A stretch of DNA of 64,000 nucleotides from contig JBHGNT010000017.1 of assembly GCA_043228905.1 (NCBI GenBank), positions 17,422,001 through 17,486,000 on the forward strand, read 5' to 3'. Below the pieces are notes generated by a model. The model was not told where the DNA came from, searched no databases, and saw nothing but the letters and a program-made list of their open reading frames with translations. How positions within the stretch are numbered: the stretch's first letter is position 1; each line of letters opens with the position of its first letter. This document shows, piece by piece, positions 36,412 to 47,992 of the stretch. Source of the stretch: Azolla caroliniana. Lineage: Eukaryota > Plantae > Polypodiophyta. A program made the translations under genes and the position numbers.

Positions 36412-37272
36412 TGAGATTTGTATGGAGATCCAAAGAGAAACAGAGTCACTGAGAAACATGGTCAGTAACAAGAGTGACAAAACTTCATGATTACATCCTA
36501 AGAAGGAATTGTTAAAACACAAACAGAGCCCACCATGAGATTCAATACCAAGAGTGTAATGGTGAGATTTCTATGGCGATTCAATATAGAGACAGAGAGA
36601 AACAAGTTAGTGACAAAGTGACAGACATTTAAAAAATCATAATTGTATCTAACAATCGGCAACGGTTTGGTTTGAGAGGGTCAAAACCGAACCCTTTAAA
36701 ATTTTAGAAACCTGAACCGAACCGATCCACGAAACCGTTAAACCGAACCATAAAAAATAAATCAAATTGTTAAGCCATTAAATTGGTAAAACTGCGGTTT
36801 CATGGTTCAGTTTCAGTTTTCAGCTTAGGTCAAAATTTAAAATTTAAAGATTTTCCTAAAATGTGAGAATAAGGTATGAAAATGAAAAGATTGTTTAAAA
36901 ATAATTTGTTAAATTAAAAAACAAATCATTAAACCGTTAAAACCACGATTTTAAACTATCGAAACTGAACCGAACCGTTAAAAAAAACCCGAATCTGAAC
37001 CGAACCGTTTACACCGTCAAGGCGCGGTTTCACGGATCGGTTTGGTTCGAACCGAACCGTTGCCGAATGTTAATTCCATCCTAAGTGGGAATTGTTAACA
37101 CACAAATTACAGCCCACCATGAGATTCAATTCCGACAGTGTAATGGGTGAGATTCCTGTGGAGATTCAATATAGACAGAGAAACAGAGTCAGTGACAGAG
37201 TGATAGTCAAACATTCATGATTGCATCCTAAATGGGAATTGTTAAAACACAAACAGAACCCACCATGAGATC
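36412..37272. repeat. tandem repeat of about 150 bp (3+ degenerate units) upstream of PPR gene 3, interrupted by a MITE
   Basis: GGTGAGATT..TGGAGATTCAA...CATGATT.CATCCTAA..GGAATTGTTAAAACACAAACAGA.CCCACCATGAGAT recurs three times. Confidence 0.85.
36650..37072. mobile_element. non-autonomous hAT-type MITE, copy B (inverted relative to copy A)
   Basis: TIRs TAACAATCGGCAACGG / CCGTTGCCGAATGTTA and 8-bp TSD ATTGTATC/ATTCCATC. Core TTTTCCTAAAATGTGAGAAT is the reverse complement of ATTCTCACATTTTAGGAAAA in copy A. Confidence 0.85.
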
Positions 37273-37440
37273 AGTAAGGCCAGCAAAGATTGAGAGAGAT
37301 CTTCCTCCTTCACGTGAGGTAGAGAGAACATGGAAAAGAAGGTGTTTACCAAACAACAAAATGCTTGGAAACGAACGCAAAATGAATAATTTCTCACAAT
37401 GGGCATCAAGGAGTCAAGAGATTTTTGAGAGCTTTCGGCG

Positions 37441-39780
37441 ATGACAAAAAAACTCAAAATGGAGAGAAATAGAAAAGGTTTCTTTGCTCATGTCACACAG
37501 GATGATGATATAAGGGAGTCCATCATCATGGTGGCTTCAATAAAAGAATGCACAAAGAGAAAAGATTTGCATAAAGGCTCTAAAATACATGCCGATATAA
37601 TCAAACTTGGATTGTTTGAAAAAGACATATATATCGGAACATCGATACTCAATATGTATGCCAAATGTGGGGCTCTAATGAAAGCTCAGGAAGTGTTCGA
37701 TAAACTCCCATGTAGGAATCTGGTGGCTTGGAATGTATTACTTTCAGGGTATGCTGAACATGGATATGGACAAGAGGCCCTCTCGTGTGCAAAAATGATG
37801 AGAAATGATGGCTTCTCGCCCAATCAGGTTACGTTTCTTTGTATATTGAAAGCGTGTGGTAGCATAAGAGCGATCGACAAGGGCCGAGAAATACACTGTG
37901 AAATTATAAAGGAAGGGGTATTGTTGAAGGATGTCCTGATTGGTACTGCATTGATAGACATGTATGTGAAATGCGGCATGATCCAAAAGGCACAAGAAGT
38001 GTTCGATGAGCTTCCCTCTCGAAATGTTGTCTCATGGACGGCTTTGATAGGAGGCTATTCCCAACATGGGCATGGAGAGAATGCAATTAACCTTTTCGAA
38101 CAAATGAAGCATGAGGGGCTTTCTCCGAATCCGGTCACGTTACTATGCATCTTGAAGGCATGTACCAGTATTGGAGCAGTGGACATGGGCGAAGACATAC
38201 ATCGAGAGATCGTAAATAAGGGAGATTTGCTTGATAAAAACTTGTTCATCGGCAATGCATTGGTGGATATGTACTCAAAGTGTGATGCAATCAAGAAAGC
38301 GCGAGAAGTGTTTGACATGCTTATAATAAGGGATACAGTGTCTTGGAATGCATTGATAGCAGGGTATGCCCAGAATGGACAGGATGAAGAAGCATTGAAT
38401 GGTTTCCAGAACATGCAACAACAAGGTGTCTTACCTGACGGGGTTACTTTCGTTTTTACCTTAAAAGTATGTGGCAACATGGGTGACACAATAAGAGGCC
38501 AAGAAATGCACGCTGAGATAGCTGGAGAGGAGTCATTGAGAACCAATGCTATGGTTGGTAATGCATTGGTGGATATGTATGCTAAATGCAATGCACTTAC
38601 GATGGCAACCAAAGTGTTTGATCAACTTCCTCGACGAAGCGTGATTTCATGGAATACTCTAATTGCTGCCTATGCCCAACATGGTGATGATCAGGAGGCA
38701 CTACGCCTTTTCTTCCGAATGCAAGATGTGGGTCTCTCTCCAGATTCGATTACCTATGCTTGCATTTTGAAAGCTTGTGGGAACATGGGAGTGGCCGAGA
38801 AATGTGAAGAAATACATGCAAAAGTGGTGAGAGAAGGGATTATACAGAAGCATGTATTGGTTTCTAACTCTTTGGTAGATATGTATGCAAAAAGTGGTGC
38901 ACTTCCAAAGGCTCAGGGTGTCTTCGATGAGATTCCAGTGCGAGATACGGTTTCTTGGACTCTCCTAATTGCGGGATATGCTGAGCATGGATGTGTAGAG
39001 GAAGCTTTACAATGTTTTGAAGAGATGCAGCATGAGGGTCTTATTCCGAATGCGATCACATTCATTTATATCGTAAAAGCATGCGGTGACTTTGGAATGT
39101 CTGGTAAAGGTCAGCTAATACATGATGAGATTGTTCAATGCGGTTTCTTGGAAAAGGATAGTGTACTTGGAACGGCATTGGTGAATATGTATTCCAAGTG
39201 TGGCTTACCAGAGAAAGCCCAAGATGTATTCAACAATCTTAAAGTTCGGAACATAGTCTCTTGGAATGCCATTATCTCCGGATATGCGCTGTGTGGAATG
39301 GAGCTAGTCGTTTTCAACACATTCAACAAAATGCTCGAACAAGGTATAAAGCCAACTAGTGCCACATTCACCATTCTTCTTAATACATGTAGTCACTTAG
39401 GGTTGTTAGAGAGGGGTCTAATGTATTTCGACACAATGAGCCTGGTCTCTAATATCACTCCATTTGTCGAACATTACACGTGCATTGTTGACCTCTTTGG
39501 ACGAGCTGGCGATTTTGACAAGGCAATATTAGCTATTAAACATATGCCATTTTCTGCTGATATCACCGTATGGCATACTTTATTGGGTGCTTGTCAAAAA
39601 TGGGGAAATGTGGAGATTGGTGTATTGGCCTTCGAGCATGCAATTCAACTAGATAGGAAAGACTCATCGGCTTATGTTGGCTTGAGCAATCTTTATGCAA
39701 TTTCTTACATTCAAGACTATAATGTGAATGGGAGGAATTCAACATTGTGTATATCCTCTTGCATGGAAGAAGTTGCATAA
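37441..39780 (+). CDS. PLS-class PPR protein, E type, PPR gene 3
   Basis: 779-aa ORF with six S-type MYxKCG-like motifs in P-L-S triplets, S2 HYTCIVDLFGRAG, E1 WHTLLGACQKWGN and E2 AYVGLSNLYA. No DYW. Confidence 0.95.
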   Translation: MTKKLKMERNRKGFFAHVTQDDDIRESIIMVASIKECTKRKDLHKGSKIHADIIKLGLFEKDIYIGTSILNMYAKCGALMKAQEVFDKLPCRNLVAWNVLLSGYAEHGYGQEALSCAKMMRNDGFSPNQVTFLCILKACGSIRAIDKGREIHCEIIKEGVLLKDVLIGTALIDMYVKCGMIQKAQEVFDELPSRNVVSWTALIGGYSQHGHGENAINLFEQMKHEGLSPNPVTLLCILKACTSIGAVDMGEDIHREIVNKGDLLDKNLFIGNALVDMYSKCDAIKKAREVFDMLIIRDTVSWNALIAGYAQNGQDEEALNGFQNMQQQGVLPDGVTFVFTLKVCGNMGDTIRGQEMHAEIAGEESLRTNAMVGNALVDMYAKCNALTMATKVFDQLPRRSVISWNTLIAAYAQHGDDQEALRLFFRMQDVGLSPDSITYACILKACGNMGVAEKCEEIHAKVVREGIIQKHVLVSNSLVDMYAKSGALPKAQGVFDEIPVRDTVSWTLLIAGYAEHGCVEEALQCFEEMQHEGLIPNAITFIYIVKACGDFGMSGKGQLIHDEIVQCGFLEKDSVLGTALVNMYSKCGLPEKAQDVFNNLKVRNIVSWNAIISGYALCGMELVVFNTFNKMLEQGIKPTSATFTILLNTCSHLGLLERGLMYFDTMSLVSNITPFVEHYTCIVDLFGRAGDFDKAILAIKHMPFSADITVWHTLLGACQKWGNVEIGVLAFEHAIQLDRKDSSAYVGLSNLYAISYIQDYNVNGRNSTLCISSCMEEVA

Positions 39781-41140
39781 CAATTACTCTTTGCATGCGC
39801 TCTATTTAACCTTTCTAATCTTATCTGTATACAACGTACAAAATAACTTACAAGTGGGAATTCCATTGAGATCGAACACTTTGTTAGTTGCTCAAAGTCT
39901 CCAAGGGGATAAAACAAACATGATATTACGTGCAAAGCACAATGTATGCACAATCCCTACTTTGTTAACATTCGAAACAATAAGAAAGGTCACATTCAAG
40001 AAGTGGTTTGTGTTTGCTTTGATGAATTCATATTTCATTTGATCCCATTAAATAGATTTATGCCCTTTTCTATGTTGTTCCTTTAAATAACTCCAATTTA
40101 AAATACACCTTAGCTTGCACATGTATCTATCCCCGTCCAGGTTCTCAAAACCATTTAGAGGTATTGCTAAAAGCCTTGCCATTTTCTTTGTTGTTATGGA
40201 TCTTGGAATTTTATTACGCAACATGTCCATTCTAGGGAAACTTTGACCAACTATATGAAGTACATAATGCTCAATGAAATCTCCACCAAAATATCATAAT
40301 GATTGGCATAGACTAATTTTGTCGCTTTGACAATTATGGATATGTGTGTAATAGTACACAGTGTAAGAAAACAGGATAACACTTAAGTTGCTACCATAAG
40401 AACTTTGTAATGGATTTTTTCGTAAAGATCAAGAAATCTCCAAACTGCTCAAAATCAATAATGATAAGATTCTTCAACACAAATTGATATACTATAATCT
40501 AACCCTAATCATACCAAAGTTGACTTATCCTTTGTCTTAAAGGTGAAAGAACATTTCAAAGATGATTCATGTTGAGATCCATACACCATTGCATGCATTC
40601 TTATCTCATAATTATTTTTGTCTTTTGACATTGTGTGCTGCCTTTATTTAAGAAGGATCATCTAGACAACTTGTAAACCAACATGACAGAACTATGCACA
40701 CAATTGATAAATGTTTGGCATTTCATTAACGTTTTTTCGCGTTCAATAGCAAAGAAAAATAAAGGGACAAAAGACTTATAGTTAGAACCTTAATGAAATG
40801 TAATATACAAATAAATGCAAACAATGACATTGCATGACAAAACACAACACAATGGAGTCACGTTTATACATCAACTTCAAGTGGCACACTGGGTGCAAAA
40901 AATGGTAAGTTAAGTTTAACTAGGTTGGTATGAAGGAGTAATGTGAATGTGGTGGGCAACTATTGCAATATCTTCAAGATGTCGGTGAAAGTAAAGTAGG
41001 ACAAGTACTAGGTGTGTCATAATACGATTCGATACTAAACTAATGAAGATTGATTCGATTAATACTCCACCTTGTGGATCCTCTCCCGAAATCGAAATGA
41101 CATATGAGGTCATATAATTGGAATGTTCTTCGATGCTTTT

Positions 41141-41879
41141 TGTTACGGGCATGACCATATAATATCCCGTGGTAAGAATTTACCGTAGTATTCTATACAC
41201 GTGGATAAGTGTGAGGGTTAAACGAGAGTGTAAAGAAGGGGAGGATTACTTTTAATCCTCGGGATTGAGACAACCCATTAGGTCAAGTGTGAACTTGCCT
41301 GGGGGCCTTGGGTATCGCTATAAATAAGAGGCCTAGCTACCCTCATTTGATCATCTTTTGACTACATCGAGACTCTGCTCGTGTGGTGGGTCAACTCTTG
41401 TAGCGAGCGCGCCAGCACCAGGTACGACTCGACGCCACGGCGGTGGTATGGGACGCCGATCGAGGCTCGAGTCCGTCTCGATCCCTTCGCTCGGGGGTGG
41501 TCGGGTGGATCGGCACCCTTCTTTCTCTTTTTCCTTTCTATCTTTCATTTCTTTATCCTTATCTTAACCTTACTTTAGTACCGAGATCTATAATATTTGG
41601 TATCAGATTTTTGTACTAATGTTTCTTTGTTTTTCATTTGTCTTTTGATTGATGCTGATCGATCGTTGTGCGGTTGGCCTTGATCCAGACAACGATCAAC
41701 AAAGAACTTCGGTAACTCTTTCAATAATTTTTCTTTCTATTCTCTCTTCTCCCATCTAATCATGTGTAAAGTAATCCTCCCCTTCTTTACACTCTCGTTT
41801 AACCCTCACACTTATCCACGTGTATAGAATACTACGGTAAATTCTTACCACGGGATATTATATGGTCATGCCCGTAACA
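41141..41879. mobile_element. 739-bp non-autonomous element with perfect 112-bp TIRs, TGT...ACA ends and 5-bp TSD
   Basis: 41141-41252 is the exact reverse complement of 41768-41879. CTTTT flanks both ends (41136-41140, 41880-41884). Internal CTATAAATAAGAGG (about 41318) and TGGTATCAGA (41598-41607). Confidence 0.93.
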
Positions 41880-42183
41880 CTTTTGTAGTTTTTTCATATC
41901 GTTCCCTGGATAGAGCTTATCAGGCAAGTAAGACTTGCTGTATGGAGTCAATAACATGACATGACATTGATCACGAAGTAAATCATGATGAGGCGGGTGT
42001 CTATATCGTGAGAAGGCATTTAGATAAAGTTCCCCATTCACCCCTGCCAATTTGAATCCAATCAATTTTAGTATGCGTTATCAATGTGGACGAGTACATG
42101 TAAGAAAAATCAATTTGAAGTTGGAAAGGAGGACAAGGACGAGGATCGACAATGGTGGTGATGATGTAGCGATTGGTGGAGTC

Positions 42184-42765
42184 TTCTAGTTATGTGTATG
42201 GGATTGCATACTAATACTTTCCTCATCCAGACATAGCTTCACAAACAGTAATATAGTTGTGTTTTCTATGTGTGTGGGTGTGTGTTCAATCAAGTCTCTA
42301 GCTAGTTATGTGTCTGGGGGGATTGCATACTGATTCTTGCCTCATCAAAACATAGCTTCACAAATAGTAATATAGTTGTGTTTCAGTATTATACTTTTGT
42401 CTTTCTCTGTCTGTGGGTGGGGGTGTTGTGTTCAATCAAAGTCTCCAATTATTTCATCTGGGATTGCATACTGATTCATTCCTCATCAAAATATAGCTAC
42501 ACAACAGTGATCTATAGTGATCTAGCTCTGTTTCTATGTGTGTGGGTGTGTTCAATCAAAGTCTCTACCTATGTGTGTAGGATTGCATACCAATTCTTTC
42601 CTCACCAGATCATAGCTTCACAACAGTGCTATAGCTCTGTTTCTGTGTGTGTATGTGTTCAATCACTTCTCTAGTTATGTGTATGGGATTGCATACTAAT
42701 CATTTCCTCATCAGAGCATAGCTTCACAACGGTGAATTGCTCTGTTTCTGTTTGTGTGTGTGTTT
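42184..42765. repeat. degenerate tandem repeat of about 115-130 bp, 5 copies, upstream of PPR gene 4
   Basis: GGATTGCATAC..AT...TTCCTCATC..A.CATAGCTTCACAA...GTGTGTTCAATCA recurs five times. Confidence 0.9.
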
Positions 42766-42927
42766 GTATGCCGGTTGAAACATTTGTCTTTTTTGAAGGA
42801 TTTCTTTTGGTCGGTACCAAAAAGGATTTCCAGTAGGATCTCCTCCCCCGCAGAGAGAAAAGCCCTTGTTCTGATGTGTACAAAACTGCGGCTTTCCAAC
42901 TGAATATTGCCCACCTTATGAACTCTA

Positions 42928-45281
42928 ATGGCTGTGCTTCATTGTTATGTCTCCACAGAGACCTTTATCACACAGGGAATGACTTCAGACGAGAAGCACA
43001 ATGGGGTCCACTGCAAGGTAAGCAATTTATCCCTCATTCTAGCTCGTTTTTGGCCTTTACCATTAATATTGTGTGTCACTTTCATGAAAGAATATTTGTT
43101 TTCCTCTCATAGAAAATCAGGGATGACAACCCTTCTGAGATTGAAGGAGTGAGGATTAGAAGAGATATTGAAGTAAAAGGTATGGGGGTCAAATGCTCTA
43201 TGACGATACTTCCTGATGGCGAAGAACCCATTAAGGTTCAGAAAGGAGCAGGATTGATTAGTTGCAAAGACAGAGCCAACGGACCTTCGGACTTTGTGGC
43301 ATTACTAAAGCTTTGCGCGAAGAAAAATGATCTTCAGAAAGGAAGCCAAATACATGCTCATATCCTCAAGGATGGCTTGATGTTTCTGCAAAACAATGTT
43401 TATGTGGGCAGTGCTTTAGTTAACATGTATGCCAAATGTGGAGAGTTAGCCAAAGCACAAGAAGTATTTGATGAGCTTCCGGTGCGAAATGTTGTCACTT
43501 GGAGTGCATTAATCACTGGATATACCCAACATGGGCATGGTGAGAAAGCTCTCATTTGTTTCGAAGAGATGAGACGAGATGGAATAATGCCAAATGTGGT
43601 CACCTTTCTTTGTATCTTGAAAGCATGTGCTAGCATAAGAGCACTTGGAAAGGGTCAAGCTATACATGCTGAGATTGTGAAGGAGGGCCTTCTTGAAGGT
43701 AACATATCGATCGGTAATGTGCTGGTAGATATGTATGCTAAATGTGGTGAACTGGAAAAATCAGAGGAAGTATTTGATAGCCTTCCATATAGGGACATAG
43801 TATCTTGGAACACATTGCTCACTGGATATACCCATCATGGTCATTGTAGAAAAGCTTTGCATTGTTATGAGAGAATGCAACAAGAGGGCCTATCTCCAGA
43901 CGCAATTACTTATGTTTGCATCTTAGGAGCCTGTGGAAGCATGGGATCAAGAAAAAAAGGAGAGGCAATACATGCAAAGATTCTTAAGGAAAATTTGTTA
44001 GCTCAAAATGTTTTGGTTGGGAATGCATTGGTAGACATGTATTCTAAATGTGGTGCACATAGAAAAGCGCAAGAAGTGTTTGATGGGATTCCTGTTAGGA
44101 ATGTGGTCACTTGGAATGCACTAATTACAGGTCATGTCCAACATGGGCATGCCAAGGAAGCATTGTATTGTTTTGAGCACATGCAATTAGAAGGGATTTC
44201 ACCAAATCCAGTCACATTTCTGAACATCGTAAAAGCTTGTGGTAATGTAGGGGCAGTTGATAAGGGCCAAGAAATACATCACGAGATTGTGAGGCAGGAT
44301 TTGCTGGGAGAAGATAATTCTCTTGGCACAGCTTTGATGGATATGTATGCCAAATGTGGGGCACTAACAAAAGCACATGAAGTTTTTGATGAGCTTCCAA
44401 CTCAGGATGTTGTTTCATGGAGTGTGTTAATTGCAGGATACAATCAGCATGGATGTGGTGAAGAAGCATTGACATGTTTTGAACACATGCAACATAAAGG
44501 TGTCTCTCCAAATGCAGTGACCTTTATTTCGGTCTTACAAGCATGTGGCAGTGTAGGAGCAACTAATGAGGGTCGTAAAATACATGCTAAGATTCTGAAG
44601 GATGAATTTCTCAAAACTGATATTTTGGTTGGCACTGCATTGGTGGATATGTATTTCAAATGTGGTTTCCTTGACAGAGCACAAGAAATATTTAATAAAC
44701 TTCAAGATAGGACTGTAGCATGTTGGAATGTATTAATCGCAGGCTATGGTCAACTTGGAATGCATGATATTGTTTTTTATTCATTTGAAAACATGATACG
44801 AGAGGGTACCATGCCAGATTTCATCACATTAACCATCATGCTTAATGCATGCAGTCATTCAGGACTAGTAGATAAGGGTCAAATGTACTTTGAGAGCATA
44901 ATCATGAATCATGGTATTGTTCTGAGTTTGGAACACTACACATGCATGATTGATCTGTTCTGCCGGGCAGGTCAATTTGACAAGGCTATAGTAATGATCA
45001 AGGAGATGCCATTTTGTGCCGATGTTGCAGTGTGGCATGCAATGTTAGGTTCTTGCCAACAACAGGGAAATGTTGAGTTTGGAAAACTAGCGTTTGAATC
45101 TGCCCTTAAGCTGGGGGAAAAGGATGTCGCGGCATATATCTGTATGAGCAATATTTATGCAGCTGCTGGCATTCAAGAGGATGTTAATAAGCTCGAAAGA
45201 GTGAGAAAGGATGCCTCAGTGAATTCTGGATCTTGTTTGTTTCAACCCCTGAGCACCATATTCAAGACATATGATGAATAA
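42928..45281 (+). CDS. PLS-class PPR protein, E type, PPR gene 4 (probably 2 exons, 752 aa)
   Basis: Exon 42928-43017 (MAVLHCY...GVHCK|GTAAGC) splices in phase 0 to 43113-45281 (CATAG|KIRDDNPSEIEGVRIRR...). Five S-type MYxKCG motifs, S2 HYTCMIDLFCRAG, E1/E2 WHAMLGSCQQQGN and AYICMSNIYAAAG. No DYW. The track's GTG start is internal to exon 2. Confidence 0.93.
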
Positions 45282-46329
45282 ACCACAACATTCTCTATGA
45301 AACAAATATTAAGCAGAAAACTGAGCTATAGACAATTAATACATATCGTGCAATCAGAAAGCCGTTGATTTGTATGCATGATATAGTAATGCTGAAAGTC
45401 TGCCAGGAAAGGTTCTCATTATGATAGACCTAATTGACCTAGGTTGAAGACTATATACCAGTGACAGAATGTGCCAATATCTGCCACATCAGGAGGCCCA
45501 AGTTTCCAATGTGACAGTATCCACCAGGTGAGCAATCATCATTCACCACCCCATCTAAATGCTGACATACGTAACATACCTTAACCAAACATCGAGGAGC
45601 CCTTAAGAACTTCACCAATTTTTCTTTCTATGTAAATGGTCAATTGAAGCATATATTGAATGTTAACAAACAATCGAAGCATATGTCAAGACATTCTTGT
45701 CGTGTACAAGAAAATACATTTAAATAAGAAGAGATGAAAATAGAGAGAATGCTTTATTTATCAGAATAAAAGTTGAGAACTTCATTGAGTGCAAGATGTT
45801 TTATGCCGTTGAATTTGAAAAAGATGATAGTACAAGAAGATTAGTACGAGGAACTCCAGTTGGATTTATAGTCCATGTGTTGTCAACATTCATGTGTTTG
45901 CAGACTTTCATCAATGTCTTCGAATATCTACTGTCTTCAGACCTTTTACACAAGATTGCTCCCTAGACGATGTCCAAGGGTGAAGAATAAAAAACACTTG
46001 CCTTTTGCTTGTCTCTACCAAGGGCCACCCATATGTCACATTTTGCGCATATTTAACATAAGATTTCAAGATGCAAATCCTTGATCATTTCTCCTCTCAT
46101 CTTTGAGCATAAGCTATGGACTTCTTGACCACCTGCTTTTGTTGAAGTGGATGTATGCTTTTCATGATATTTATAACATTTGTGTCTCATGTTGGAAAAC
46201 TTCTGTTTTACAATGCAAGTTTGCTTGCTTGGTTTTGGAATATGTTGCCAATAAAATTGGTACATGAGGTGCTGTTTAGAACATCATGAGATAGATCAGT
46301 TCCTACTACCATTGGTTTGCTGAGAAGCG

Positions 46330-47050
46330 TGAGAACCTCACTGTAGTATGACATGATTGGGTTAACCTATGGTGTTCCAGTTGTGCCATGTCAAGAACTA
46401 GATATTGTATGTGAACCCGATCTTGATAGGATAAATCAAAACGGCATTTGTTGATGGCAAGCTTGGAACTAGCTTGGTTAATTTCTAAAGCACGTGGTGC
46501 AATTTGGTCAGTTGCTGCGAAGGAAACAGACCAAGTGGTCAATTCGCAAATATTGATTGGTTGTGGGAAAAGGAAGATCAACATAACTTGGTTGGGTCAA
46601 TATATAGAGTTCTGGTTGCTGTGCCATGCCAAAAACTTGCATGTATGGCTGCCCTCGATCGTAATAAGAAAAATCAAAGTGTATATTGTTCTGGTTGCTG
46701 TGCCAAGTCAAAAACTTTGCATGCATGACTGCTGATTTTAATAAGACCAATGGAACTTGGTCAGGTATATGCATATGGCTCTGGTTGCTGTGCCATGCCA
46801 AAGACTTGCATGTATGTGTGCACATGATCTTAATATGGCAAATCACTGTTAGGTTGACTGTACTGACCTGTGTCTTCAGAAGCATCTGGCACAAATCGAT
46901 TGGTTGTAAAGAATCGGTGCAAACGGTCATGTGGTGGCAAACATTGATTGTCTGTGGGGAAAGTCAGACTGCGGGGTAAAACGTCTTCAAAATCATGGGG
47001 CATACATTTCATTGGTTGAGGAGAAGTTTGCAAGAGTTTTTTGCTACTTA
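46330..47050 (-). pseudogene. decayed repetitive-protein-like sequence, origin unknown
   Basis: Peptide repeat D(L/F)xYxDxxxxYMQVFGMAQQPE occurs about 4 times on the minus strand, broken by stops and frameshifts. On the plus strand the DNA repeat is CTGGTTGCTGTGCCA.G.CAAA.ACTT. Confidence 0.4.
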
Positions 47051-47205
47051 ATGTATATGTAACACTGGTTCGTAAAAACATACTTTCTTTAGTCAGCAAC
47101 AATCAGGTAACATACAATTTACAAAAACCTTAATGTATATGCAACACTGGTTCGTAAAAACATACTTTCTTTAGTCAGCAACAATCAGGTAACATACAAT
47201 TTACA
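47047..47205. repeat. 2 x about 82-bp tandem duplication
   Basis: CTTAATGTATATG.AACACTGGTTCG...CATACAATTTACA occurs twice. Confidence 0.9.
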
Positions 47206-47992
47206 GGTTTTTGTTCGGGATATAATCATGTCAGAAAAAATTTGTACCTTGGGACGTGCTCTTAAATTGAGAGACAGGATTTGAACATAAGACCACTACG
47301 TGCCAAAAATAATCAATAGATACAAAAATAATATTTTGATGATAGGCATGTTGGCAGACATTTTATAATATTTAGTTTAACATGATGAATCTTGCATTAG
47401 TTGACACCAATAACAACACAATTACTAAAGAGAAACCATGCGCTTTTGCTAATTTTTTAAAGAAAAACAAGAAAGAACGTCCCTGGGGGTCACTGATTAA
47501 CAAGAAAAGCCAAGCTTAACCATGGGCATTTAAAGTTTAGGTCATTGTTCAAAAAACAAAACTTCAAACTGGACTACACAAAAAACTGTTATTTTGGTGG
47601 TTTGTAATATGATCAAATCCTTCTTTCTAAACATCTGCTTCTTTACATGAATCATCTTATTAAAATTTCTATCAGATAAGTGCCAAATATAACGGCTATT
47701 TTCAATAAAAAGGGATGACAGATCATCCTTACTGCTGATACTATGAGTTGATAAAACTGTGGACACTTGGCACCCAAAAATGGGCTCCATATGCGAATAA
47801 TACAATTAAAATGATATAATTACAGACAAGTGTCATGGATCAAATCAAAAGAAAATCCATACTAACACATCATGTTAGACTTCACGAATGATGTATATTG
47901 TGTTTGCATCTCTTCCTACAGTGCAACTTGAGAGCCCAGTAGTGTTGCGCAGAAAATGATATATGAAGGGATGTAAGAATAATAATTTATTT

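Noticed and set aside
41351-41578. Short ORFs inside the TIR element
   Set aside because: No transposase, gag or integrase motifs; explained by GC-rich hairpin sequence.
8259-44659. Many minus-strand ORFs overlapping the PPR genes (e.g. 9249-9575, 19733-20086, 22430-22852, 38055-38612)
   Set aside because: Antisense shadows of the repetitive PPR codon pattern, with no independent motifs.
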